Assembly: GCA_903903365.1 (NCBI GenBank)
Contig: CAIUYS010000695.1
Coordinates: 1 to 55,502 of the forward strand
Length of the DNA: 55,502 nucleotides
Source of the DNA: an uncultured Methylococcaceae bacterium
GTDB taxonomy: Bacteria > Pseudomonadota > Gammaproteobacteria > Methylococcales > Methylomonadaceae
Direction: 5' to 3'
The notes beneath the pieces are model-generated. The model was not told the origin of the DNA and searched no databases. It saw only the letters and a program-made list of their open reading frames with translations. The translations under genes were made by a program, and so were the position numbers. Positions 39,194-48,145 of the stretch are shown here, piece after piece. Numbering within the stretch: position 1 is the first letter of the stretch; every line of letters starts with the position of its first letter.

Positions 39194-41401
39194 TTAGGCG
39201 TCGGCAGTTTTCTGGCCAATACGGAATATAACAAACTCCGCTGGCTTGAGGGGTGCAACACCAATTTCACACACCAATCGGCCTTCGTCCAGGTCGTTCT
39301 GGGTCATGGTGCTGCGGTCGCAACGCACGAAATACGCAGCTTTCGGGGTTGGCCCCAGCAAGCGGCCGTTATACCATTCGTTATATAGGAAATCCTCAAT
39401 CGTGGTACGCACATTAGACCAAAGGCGTTCACCGTTAGGCTCAAACACGACCCACTGAGTCGATTTTTCAATGGAGCGTTCTAAATACAAGAAGTAACGG
39501 CGTACGTTGACATACTTCCACTCCGGATCACTCGACAAGGTGCGTCCGCCCCAAACGCGATGACCGCGACCGGGGAAGGAACGCAGACAGTTAATGCCAT
39601 CCGGATTAAGCAACTCCTGCTGGAAGCGGTTGATATCCTGCGCGAAACGCAAAGCGCCAATAACCGGCTCATTAGCTGGCGCTTTATGAACACCGCGTTG
39701 AATATCGGTATTGGCATAAACCCCGGCAACAAAACCTGATGGCGGAACTCTAATGGTCTCTTTGACACCGGATGGATCGGCAATCACCACCCAAGGGTAG
39801 TAAAGCGCTAACCGCGAATCGTCAAAGTTAGAGCGGAAATCACGTACCTCAGAGAGCGACATGCCATCACGAGCGTCCACGATGCCTACGCGATAACGCA
39901 TTTTACGGCAGTGCTTTTGCATCTCAACCACAATGCCTTGATGCGCACTTGCGTTACTTGCTGCCGCAGGCGTTAAGACGATGGCGATATCTTCAATATC
40001 TTCAAAAGCAGAGAAACCGGTATTGCCGTTGACCTCATCAACTTCGCCGCCATAATCCACACTGACCGGCGCAGTACCATCAGTACCGTCTGTTAACGGG
40101 ATCAAATAACGGGGGCCGCTTACCGAAAACGGCGGCGGCGTCAGCGCGGTTGGATCGAATAAGCTGTAAAGTGCTGCCACAACATCGTCGCCAGTTGCGC
40201 TTGCCGCCAAGGAACAGCAAACGGGGCTGGCAAGGGCGTCGTCGCGTTTAGCGGGAACTGCTGCCAACACCGAAGGCAAACTGCGAACTCCCGTTGGCGA
40301 TGTGGAAATATTGGCATACCGATAAATAACCTCGCCATGAGCGCCCCCAGAGTATACATCCAGGTCAAAATTGCGTTGAATCATGACGGCTTGAGCGCTG
40401 GAAGGCACTGCTGCCAAGGCTGATAAAGGGAAGGTTAAGTCCACCACCACGCCGACATTTAAACCGCTGCCGTTAAGGGTGAATTGAGTGCCTGTCGAAT
40501 CCAACGTACCGCGCAAGGTGGTAAGGGTTCCCCATGAAGCGCCGCCCGTAAAAGGACTAATGTTAGTAATAGCGCTCAAATTTAATACGGCCGATGTACC
40601 ATTAGCCAAGGCGCCGCTACTTGGCGCTTTGGCACGTACACGGGTATAGGCAATGCTCGAAGTGCCGCTATTAAGCAAGCCAGCAGACATCAAAATGCCT
40701 TCCGCACCATCGGCATCACCATTGGCACGCATATCCGTTCCTGTGGTAGTCGCCGCATCACCGGCAGTAATTTGTGCTCGGTTATTGACAATGATGAAAT
40801 GATCGCCGCTGCGTTTGACTAAACCACGGAAGTCCATGGGAAAGCGCGATGCGGGAACCCGCACCGAAATACCTGAAGTGCGCACAGCAGATGTCAGACC
40901 TGTTGCTTCGAGGAATACGACTTCACCCTCATCCGGGGCACTGGTTTTTTCGATTTTGAGGAGATTCTCGCTATCGCGCCAATGCACTTCCAATGTATAG
41001 TTGCTTTGCTTACCGGGGAACCGACTGGTGAAAGTGACATCACTATTAGAGTCGATTGCTGTCGCAAATGTGGCAGTACTACCAACACCCTTGGCATTCG
41101 TGCTATTAACGCCGCTAACAACACGCGACACAAAGAGCTTGGTGCCACCGCCATCAAAAAATGCTTTGGCAGATATGGCGGTATTATTAAGCAGTGTGCC
41201 ATCCGTAAAAGCCAAATCGCTGACATCGCCGTAAATGCGCACAAAATCAGCAAAACTGGTTAATAGTTCGGGCTTTCCACGCAAAGGGCCGGTACGGGTA
41301 GGGCCAACCAATCCTGCCACGCTTGTGCCAACACCCTCTATGGATTTAGCGCGATAACTTACTTCTTCTACAAAAACTCCGGGAGCCAGATATTCAGGCA
41401 T
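39194..41401 (-). CDS. Contractile tail sheath protein (Afp2/3-like)
   Basis: MPEYLAPGVFVEE, LYYPW, PPSGFVAG, RGVHKAPANE, LNPDGINCLR, VWGGRTL, YVNVRR, WVVFEPN, AP.KPAEFVIFRI. Confidence 0.96.
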   Translation of the reverse strand: MPEYLAPGVFVEEVSYRAKSIEGVGTSVAGLVGPTRTGPLRGKPELLTSFADFVRIYGDVSDLAFTDGTLLNNTAISAKAFFDGGGTKLFVSRVVSGVNSTNAKGVGSTATFATAIDSNSDVTFTSRFPGKQSNYTLEVHWRDSENLLKIEKTSAPDEGEVVFLEATGLTSAVRTSGISVRVPASRFPMDFRGLVKRSGDHFIIVNNRAQITAGDAATTTGTDMRANGDADGAEGILMSAGLLNSGTSSIAYTRVRAKAPSSGALANGTSAVLNLSAITNISPFTGGASWGTLTTLRGTLDSTGTQFTLNGSGLNVGVVVDLTFPLSALAAVPSSAQAVMIQRNFDLDVYSGGAHGEVIYRYANISTSPTGVRSLPSVLAAVPAKRDDALASPVCCSLAASATGDDVVAALYSLFDPTALTPPPFSVSGPRYLIPLTDGTDGTAPVSVDYGGEVDEVNGNTGFSAFEDIEDIAIVLTPAAASNASAHQGIVVEMQKHCRKMRYRVGIVDARDGMSLSEVRDFRSNFDDSRLALYYPWVVIADPSGVKETIRVPPSGFVAGVYANTDIQRGVHKAPANEPVIGALRFAQDINRFQQELLNPDGINCLRSFPGRGHRVWGGRTLSSDPEWKYVNVRRYFLYLERSIEKSTQWVVFEPNGERLWSNVRTTIEDFLYNEWYNGRLLGPTPKAAYFVRCDRSTMTQNDLDEGRLVCEIGVAPLKPAEFVIFRIGQKTADA

Positions 41402-41423
41402 GGTTTCCTCCTCATGATTACCC

Positions 41424-42251
41424 TTAGGCAGTTTGTACAGCGATAGAACTTTTGTTAACGGAATTGATTCGCTTGATTTCGCCGGGGCGAATCACAAGCG
41501 GGATAGTGGTTACAAAATCAGCTGGAACAGTGGTTGACTCCAGCTTTAAAGCAAGTAAATCGACAAGTTTGACGGGCTGCCGGGCATTGGCACTGGCTAA
41601 GCCTTTAATCGTCAAATCGGCGTTGTATTCGGTGGCGCTCAATGGTAAAGGCGGCAATCGGGTCAGCGCGATAATAAAATCGCCCTTTGCATCTGTTTGC
41701 CCCTGAAAACTCAGGGTTTCCGCCAAACCTATGGTGACAGTCAGGTTGAGCAATCCCCATATTAAAGGCATACTGTTATTAGCGAAAACAACTCGTCCTT
41801 GAAGTGCGCCGCCAGCGGGAACTCTTACACCGGCAGGCGCTGGAAATAACACGACTGTTTGACCATTTCCCCCGCCCAAGGTGAACTCAAACGCCGCTGG
41901 ATTAAAGCGCCCGCGATTATCCACAATCGAACCCGCCACAACAAAATCTTGAGTTGCCGGTTTCTGGCGCTGGGTATCAGTAGTTGTACCTGAGACCATC
42001 GGCGTGGTCGGGGTTGACCAAAAGGCCGTTTTACCAATAGTACTTATTGATTTCAGTGCGGCCGGTTTCTTGGTAAGCGTCAACTCCAGCGAATGCTGAA
42101 TCCGCGTCATATCCACGATGTTGCTTGCCGATGCTCCGTCCAGCCAATAAATTACATCGCTTGCATGCAAGAGATTAGTTTCCAACACGCGCACATGAGT
42201 TGCATCGGATAATTCAAATTCGGTAGGTTCTTCGGCCATAAAATTCGTCAA
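41424..42251 (-). CDS. eCIS accessory protein (beta-sandwich, possible cap adaptor)
   Basis: Between cap and sheath; LQGRVV...GQTDAKGDFII resembles a carboxypeptidase-regulatory-like fold. Confidence 0.55.
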   Translation of the reverse strand: MTNFMAEEPTEFELSDATHVRVLETNLLHASDVIYWLDGASASNIVDMTRIQHSLELTLTKKPAALKSISTIGKTAFWSTPTTPMVSGTTTDTQRQKPATQDFVVAGSIVDNRGRFNPAAFEFTLGGGNGQTVVLFPAPAGVRVPAGGALQGRVVFANNSMPLIWGLLNLTVTIGLAETLSFQGQTDAKGDFIIALTRLPPLPLSATEYNADLTIKGLASANARQPVKLVDLLALKLESTTVPADFVTTIPLVIRPGEIKRINSVNKSSIAVQTA

Positions 42252-42259
42252 GATCCTGT

Positions 42260-42856
42260 TTAACTTTCTGCAACACCCGTTGGGAAAATACGCGAAATAA
42301 CCGCAGGCCCTTGGGTGATTTGTTCGTTCAAACGCAAGCGAAGAGTACGAGCGATATACGGAACACTGTTGGTGTAAGTCATGCCAAATAGCCCCCAGAG
42401 CCTTAGAAACTCATCACTGGTCCAGTCCTCCGGCGTAACAGATACAAGCTCACGTTCACTCCAACCCTCATCAAATTCGCTCAGGTGCGAAATATCAAGT
42501 TGCGATTCATTTGCCAGTGCAATCATCGCCCAAGCCAGCAAGTTCGCTTCTATAGATGCGCTAGTTCCGGATGCGATTAACAATACATGTAAATTCACTG
42601 GCAGCTCTGCCGCAGGCGCTGAATTTTTATCGGTGCCTTGGGACGAAAAAAATCGGCTACGACCATGCGGGTCAATAGAAACACGGTGCAAATAGATACC
42701 CAGTGCATTACCGGCCATGCTTTTATCCATACTGGCACTGCCAAGCAATTCAATACGTGCATTTATTGGCCCATTTTTTAACTCAGCGGGTATGCGCGTT
42801 TTAAAAAAATGCTCAAGCGCCAATAGCACACCATTTATCGCACGATATGAAGCCAC
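42260..42856 (-). CDS. DUF4255 / Pvc16 (Afp16-like) tail terminator cap
   Basis: LGIYLHRVSIDP, LPVNLHVLL, LRLWGLF, SVPYIAR; first gene of the operon. Confidence 0.8.
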   Translation of the reverse strand: MASYRAINGVLLALEHFFKTRIPAELKNGPINARIELLGSASMDKSMAGNALGIYLHRVSIDPHGRSRFFSSQGTDKNSAPAAELPVNLHVLLIASGTSASIEANLLAWAMIALANESQLDISHLSEFDEGWSERELVSVTPEDWTSDEFLRLWGLFGMTYTNSVPYIARTLRLRLNEQITQGPAVISRIFPTGVAES

Positions 42857-42994
42857 CCAAATCTACCCCAAAAATTACAGTCCAACTTGATAAATACAGC
42901 TTTATAAGTTAATTCGGATTATCCTTAGTCTTGCCGAATATCGTGTGGCGAGTTTATGCTTTTTAATAATGCGATACTATGTCACTTACGTACC

Positions 42995-43008
42995 AGTACT
43001 AAAGTACC
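42995..43008. promoter_or_regulatory. Candidate NarL/LuxR-type operator in the divergent promoter region
   Basis: Near-palindrome AGTAC-TAAA-GTACC within three closely spaced GTAC words (42990-43007). Confidence 0.3.
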
Positions 43009-43073
43009 TATAAGCCATTTCGAATTTATCGGTATAATCTTAACCTCCGCCGCATGGGCCCAAGAGACATTCC

Positions 43074-43760
43074 GTGAACATCCTCATCATTGACGATCAT
43101 TTTTGCGCCCGGGAAGGAATCGCCTTGCTGCTGGGGCAGATATTCCAGGATATCGAAGTGTTCGATGCGCAAAATATTGATGAAGGTTTGGCGATTGCCC
43201 GCAGCAATCCATTGAATCTGGTGCTTCTGGATGTGCAATTACCGGGCAAAGATGGACTGACCGGATTGAGAGAGTTGCGGTTGGAGTTTCCGTGCCTGTG
43301 CGTGGTGATGTTTTCGGGACTGGAAGACCAGGAACTGGTATTCGAGTCCTTACGTTTGGGAGCGATGGGCTTTATTCCCAAGACGGTTTCGCGCTATGAA
43401 TTTATCGAAGCCTTACGTGATGTGTTGTCCGGGCATCCTTATTTACCTGCTTCTGCGATTGGCATCGGTACGGTCAAAACCAAAGATTCAAACGCACAAG
43501 CAGGCATCAGCGCGAGCTTTCGCCCCGTCTCAAATCCGCAGGATCTTGGTTTGACTCCGCGTGAATTCGAGGTGTTGCGATGGCTGGTTCAGGGTAAGTG
43601 CAACAAGGAAATTGCGCGGCGTCTGGAGATCGAAGAACAGACAGTCAAGAATCATCTGCGCCCGATCTTTCAGAAGTTCGGAGTGGCTCGACGAGCCGAA
43701 TTGGTGGTCAAAGCTTACGAGCGCGGCATTGTGTTTGGCATGCCGGAGGTGGGTAGTTGA
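43074..43760 (+). CDS. NarL/LuxR-family response regulator
   Basis: ILIIDDH, VLLDVQLP, GAMGFIPK, LTPREFEVL..LVQGKCNKEIARRL...TVKNHL. Confidence 0.95.
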   Translation: MNILIIDDHFCAREGIALLLGQIFQDIEVFDAQNIDEGLAIARSNPLNLVLLDVQLPGKDGLTGLRELRLEFPCLCVVMFSGLEDQELVFESLRLGAMGFIPKTVSRYEFIEALRDVLSGHPYLPASAIGIGTVKTKDSNAQAGISASFRPVSNPQDLGLTPREFEVLRWLVQGKCNKEIARRLEIEEQTVKNHLRPIFQKFGVARRAELVVKAYERGIVFGMPEVGS

Positions 43761-45544
43761 TGAATGTTTACCCGGTATTCTGCTTGCCCAAGCATTTTGG
43801 TGATCGTTTCCAGCAAGATCGCCGCATTGGTCGGTTTGCGTAGCAACAGAACAGTATCCGGGCATTTCCCCCTGTCGTTAGCGGAGATTGCCAGCGCGGA
43901 CAGAATCAGGGTAGGTACGGAGCCGCAGTCGGCCTCAATGGCGGCGATAATGTCGTGGGCGGTTTCGTTTCGGCCAAGGTAGAAGTCGGTAATCAATAAG
44001 TCCGGGATTCTGTGGCTTTCGCTCAGTAATTGTCGTAGATCATCTAACGTTCGGGCTTTTTCGACCAAACACTCCCAGCCATAGAACTGCTTGGCCAGTG
44101 CGTTCAGCACGTCTTCATCGTCATCTACCAGAAGCACATAAAGCCCGGTTAACCCGGCCTGAGTCGGTGCAGGCAATTGCGAAGGGCAGGGAGGAGCCAT
44201 GGTGGCAGGCAGGTTTACCTGAAAATCCGTTCCTCGGCCAGGTTTGGCCTGGAGTTTTAAAGAATGCCCCGGCAAACGTTTGATAGCTGTTCGTACATAA
44301 GTCAGCCCTATGCCAAGCCCGATTGTGTGAGGGTCGTTCCGGCGACGGTGAGCGCGATGAAATTCTTTAAAGATGGCTTCGGATTGGCTTTTGGGGATGC
44401 CAATTCCGGTATCCCTGACATGAACTACAAGCTGCGTTGGGCTGACTGAAGTTGTCCCAATCAAAACCCAGCCGCTAGACGTGTATTTGATGGCATTGTT
44501 GATCAGATTGCTGAGTATTTGCTGCAAGATGATGGAATCCGATTGCACGTTATAGGGTGGTTGCGTGCGTAAATGAAGTTTGAGCTTCAAGCCGGTTTTC
44601 GCGGCTTGGGGCGCATATTGATTTTCAAGTCTCGCAAGTAGTGGATTGAGCTCAACGTCGGTAATATACGGAACCTGTATACCGGTTTCCAAATTAGTAA
44701 TATTGAGAATACGGTTGAAGGAATCGTTCAACTCATCAATAATAATCCCTAACTTGGCCGTTGTACTGCACATTTCCTCGGTATTATTCCGGTAAAGCGC
44801 ATTGTCCAGAACCGAAGTATAGCAACTTAGCGCTTGCAGGGGTTGGCGGAGATTGTGACTGGCCTGCCTTACAAATAAAGCCTTCTCTTCGGCAGCGGCC
44901 TCGGCGGTGAGTCTTATTTGGAAAGACTTACGCAAATAGGCTTCGTGTTGGCATCGGGAGAAAAAGCCGAAGAGGTTAACAAAGAATAGCGCCAGGCAAG
45001 AAGGTAATAATGCGGTAACCTCGATGCCGATAAAGTAGCCGGTAAGCGGGAGGGCAATCAGCGTCAATGTGCCGAACAAGAGCGTTGCTCCAATTGGCAT
45101 AACCAACTGACCGTAGGTGATGAAATAAATCGGCAAAAGACCGAGCCACGTTTTGGCATAAAACTCAGGATTGACGTCTTCCAACAGGATGCAAATCAAA
45201 CCCGTGGCAGAAATACTCGCTGCAAGTATAGTCGCAGAGGTAATTCGGGTGCCGGATTGAGAAGGTTTGATTAAATTCAACCAGCAAAACAGACCGGATA
45301 ACGCCATAACTAACAGGATTCTGCAAACCAATTCCGTTGCGGATAGGTGCTTGATGTAGATATCGATAACAACTAATACTAGAAGACCTGCCGAGCCCAA
45401 CAATAGGGCAAAGCTCAAGACTTTCTGTGTCATGGAATTTATCTCATTCCAGAACAGGGCTTCTTCATCAGCACCGAAACGGGGCATCGGGTACCAACTC
45501 AATAATCTTCTTTTGAGTGCGCGCACAATAAGCTTCTCTCTCAA
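43715..45544 (-). CDS. Hybrid sensor histidine kinase (multi-TM input, HisKA, HATPase, receiver)
   Basis: About 5-6 TM helices, ASHNLRQPL, NLINNAIKYT, DTGIGI, GLGIGL, LLVDDD...LLITDF...LRKP; start codon uncertain. Confidence 0.92.
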   Translation of the reverse strand: MREKLIVRALKRRLLSWYPMPRFGADEEALFWNEINSMTQKVLSFALLLGSAGLLVLVVIDIYIKHLSATELVCRILLVMALSGLFCWLNLIKPSQSGTRITSATILAASISATGLICILLEDVNPEFYAKTWLGLLPIYFITYGQLVMPIGATLLFGTLTLIALPLTGYFIGIEVTALLPSCLALFFVNLFGFFSRCQHEAYLRKSFQIRLTAEAAAEEKALFVRQASHNLRQPLQALSCYTSVLDNALYRNNTEEMCSTTAKLGIIIDELNDSFNRILNITNLETGIQVPYITDVELNPLLARLENQYAPQAAKTGLKLKLHLRTQPPYNVQSDSIILQQILSNLINNAIKYTSSGWVLIGTTSVSPTQLVVHVRDTGIGIPKSQSEAIFKEFHRAHRRRNDPHTIGLGIGLTYVRTAIKRLPGHSLKLQAKPGRGTDFQVNLPATMAPPCPSQLPAPTQAGLTGLYVLLVDDDEDVLNALAKQFYGWECLVEKARTLDDLRQLLSESHRIPDLLITDFYLGRNETAHDIIAAIEADCGSVPTLILSALAISANDRGKCPDTVLLLRKPTNAAILLETITKMLGQAEYRVNIHQLPTSGMPNTMPRS

Positions 45545-45862
45545 CTCTCAAAAAAACGGCTTTTCCCATGTGTTTTAGGGCGCTTGAATGCTTGATCGGT
45601 TGTAATTATTCAGACTCCCTTAACTGACGCAATGGTCAGAAGGCGGATAAATTCATCATCACGATAGGCTTATGAGTATAGACTTTTTTATGATTTTGGC
45701 TGTTCTCGGTAGGTAATAAGGAACAGAATTGACCGAGATAAAGAGTGGAAAATATTTTACGGCTTGTTGCTATTCAATTAGCCGCTTTATGTAGGTTAAA
45801 GAGTACAATAGCCCAATTTTGATTACAGAAGTAAGCGCAATGCTACAAACTCAAAGGACAGC

Positions 45863-46447
45863 ATGATAACGGGTGAACTCAGAAGCCAGGTCGATAAAAT
45901 ATGGGAAGCATTTTGGACAGGAGGCATCAGTAATCCACTGACGGTGATTGAACAATTTACGTTTCTGTTATTTCTGCGCCGACTGGATGAACAACAATTG
46001 TTAGCGGAAAAGAAAGCCAATACCATCGGTATCAGTCTGGAAAACCCTATCTACCGTGACGTTCACAAGAAATTTCGCTGGAACAGCTTTAAAAACCTCG
46101 ACCCTGAATCTTTATTCGCGCTGTTTACCCATCCGCAAGCAGATAGCGATAATCTGACTACTTTTGAACACATGAAGCAGTTGGGCAGTGATGTCGGTGT
46201 GTTTGCCCGCTTTATGAAGGGTGCCACCTTTATGATTCCCACGCCCAAGCTGCTGGATCAAGTGGTGCAGATGATCGATAAAATCCAGATGGATGACAGG
46301 GATACCAAAGGTGATCTTTACGAATACCTGCTCTCTAAAATAGCCGCAGCAGGCACTAACGGACAATTTAGAACGCCACGGCACATCATAAAAATGATGG
46401 TGGAAATCATGCAGCCCACTAAGGAAGACACCTTGTGTCGCGGGTAA
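45863..46447 (+). pseudogene. hsdM: Truncated type I restriction-modification methyltransferase HsdM (N-terminal fragment)
   Basis: MITGELRSQVDKIW..FWTGGISNPL.VIEQ, DTKGDLYEYLL, NGQFRTPRHII; ends DTLCRG* where the SAM-binding DPACG motif should start. Confidence 0.88.
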
Positions 46448-46767
46448 GGTGATTAAGCTGATTGATGGGGTTAATCAGAATGCTTTGGTTGTTAGAGAGA
46501 CTGCTTAACCGGATCGTTGTGTTGATGGTTTTTTTGAAACAGAATTGTGCTGTGTTTTTTGGATGTATATGCTTCGCGCGGTCACACCTGCGGAATTTCA
46601 AATAATTGAAATTTTGGTTTCAAAAGTGATTTTACTTGATCGCTGAAGGTAGAATTTACTTTTTCAAGACACTCGTTTAAGAATCAAGGGCAAGTCTTGC
46701 AAGATTACATTTTTATATGTTAAAACAAAACCCAGCCCCGATTTTTGATATTAAATTTGGTTATTTG

Positions 46768-47050
46768 CTAACCATCAAACAAGATAGCTTCAAGCTTCCC
46801 ATTAACTTCTGTCATGATAAAATCTGGAGCTGTTTCTTTAAATTCAGATTTTCTAACGCGCCAATCCAATGACTTCAATGGGTGACAATGGACTGCACCT
46901 TGTGAAATAGGGCATATCATCGCAAGACCACTGTTGTTAAAAACTTTGCCACTGATAACCAGACCATAATGCTTGCCCAGCATTTCTTTACCTGAAGACG
47001 GATCAAAGGTTAAGTGAATAATATCCCCCGCGATTAGGTAGGTAAGCCAT
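46768..47050 (-). pseudogene. MazF/PemK-family toxin, frameshifted
   Basis: ATG 47050 gives MAYLPNRG; an extra G in the G5 run (47025-47029) breaks the frame; the restored frame reads DIIHLTFDPSSGKEMLGKHYGLVIS...CPISQG...SLDWRVRK. Confidence 0.82.
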
Positions 47051-47297
47051 TAATTAACCTCTAATCCAGTTGCCTGCATTTCGTCGCAACCATCAACCTT
47101 GGGCAATCCATCAGTCATTTCAGCCATTAACGCCTCAATACTGTAGCGCTTTTTTTTAGTGGGTGCAGTAATGGTTATATGATCGCCCTCTAACATTAGG
47201 TTAACTTTTGAGCCTTCATGAAGTTTTTTTTGCTCTATAAAGGCCTTTGGAATAGTCATTACTAATGCCCCCCTGCGCGTCTCAACGATTGCAGCAT
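47050..47297 (-). pseudogene. MazE/AbrB-family antitoxin, frameshifted
   Basis: ATG 47297 gives MLQSLRRAGG, then one base is missing at the G6 run (47268-47273); continues LVMTIPKAFIEQ...RYSIEALMAE; TAATG overlap with the toxin start. Confidence 0.78.
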
Positions 47298-47383
47298 TTT
47301 TAATCACCAAAAAACAATGACCTGTTTTAATAGGATTAAGCGAGGCTGGCAATTAAAAGCAGGGTGGTTGTCTGATTCACAAG

Positions 47384-48082
47384 TCAGCTACACTTGCTAT
47401 CGCCACAATTCAAGCAAGTCATACAACCATCCATTAATACCAATGCTTTGGTTTGGCATTTTCCACAGAGCAGGGCTTTGGCGGGAAAGCTGCCTGATTC
47501 GTCGAGTGTTGAGGTGTCGTTATGGATGGCTTCAAATTCTTTGCGTTTGGCGTTTAAGAATTGTTTTTGGTGAGTATCCATCTCATGACTTTGTAGCATA
47601 CCGATTTTCTTTAGATGCTGTTCAATGGTGCAGCCAATTTCTGCAACCAATGAGGGCATGAATACGCCGCCTTTTTTAAAGTATCCGCCTTTGGGATCAA
47701 AAACCGATTTAAGTTCTTCAACCAAAAAGCAGGCATCACCGCCTTTGCGGAATACGGCAGAGATAACCCGGGTGAGTGCCAGTACCCACTGGAAATGTTC
47801 CATGTTTTTTGAGTTAATAAACACTTCATACGGGCGGCGTTCTTCGTATTCGGTGTCCATATTCAAAATCATGTCATTGATGGTGATATACATCGCATGT
47901 TCTGATTGCGGGGTTTTGATTTTGTAAGTCGAGCCAAACAGAATTTCCGGACGTGCTACATTTTCATGCATGCTTTCCAGATCCAGTTTTTCAGCTTCAA
48001 TTTTGGCTTGTTCTGCGTTGGCTTTGTCTTCGTTGCTGATAACTTTGTAGCTGATAATTTTTTTATTAATTGCGTATGCCAT
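47384..48082 (-). CDS. nrdJb: Class II ribonucleotide reductase small C-terminal subunit NrdJb (TSCPD domain + Zn ribbon)
   Basis: RPEILFGSTYKIKTP, RPYEVFINSK, ELKSVFDP.GGY, CGKC...DGCMTCLNCGDSKC; start re-called at 48082. Confidence 0.9.
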   Translation of the reverse strand: MAYAINKKIISYKVISNEDKANAEQAKIEAEKLDLESMHENVARPEILFGSTYKIKTPQSEHAMYITINDMILNMDTEYEERRPYEVFINSKNMEHFQWVLALTRVISAVFRKGGDACFLVEELKSVFDPKGGYFKKGGVFMPSLVAEIGCTIEQHLKKIGMLQSHEMDTHQKQFLNAKRKEFEAIHNDTSTLDESGSFPAKALLCGKCQTKALVLMDGCMTCLNCGDSKCS

Positions 48083-48111
48083 GATATTTTTCCTGATTGG
48101 TTTTGTGCGGT

Positions 48112-48138
48112 GGGGCAACCGCAAGGGATTGCCCCTAC
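48112..48138 (-). repeat. GTAG-type REP element between nrdJa and nrdJb
   Basis: Minus strand GTAGGGGCAATCCCTTGCGGTTGCCCC: GTAG tetranucleotide followed by a hairpin. Confidence 0.75.
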
Positions 48139-48145
48139 AGATAAG

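Noticed and set aside
29191-41401. Type VI secretion system
   Set aside because: Single-chain phage-type sheath and gp19 tubes rather than TssB/C and Hcp; no TssJLM or ClpV
6785-42695. Numerous short antisense or alternative-frame ORFs (60-170 aa) inside the operon
   Set aside because: Shadows of long, motif-bearing minus-strand genes; no recognisable domains
26744-42856. Prophage or R-type tailocin
   Set aside because: No capsid, portal, terminase, integrase or lysis genes; DUF4255 + AAA ATPase + two tube genes are eCIS hallmarks
42944-42960. Sigma-54 promoter TGGCGAGTTTATGC in the eCIS/regulator intergenic region
   Set aside because: GG-to-GC spacing is 9 nt rather than the required 10
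46434-46590. Inverted repeats of an IS interrupting hsdM
   Set aside because: Only a weak, gapped match (GTGTCGCGG versus CGCGGTCACAC); no transposase or target duplication seen
47298-47352. Intact 100-aa antitoxin as given in the ORF track
   Set aside because: N-terminus is unlike AbrB/MazE; the family-like start MLQSLRRAGG is in another frame, indicating a frameshift
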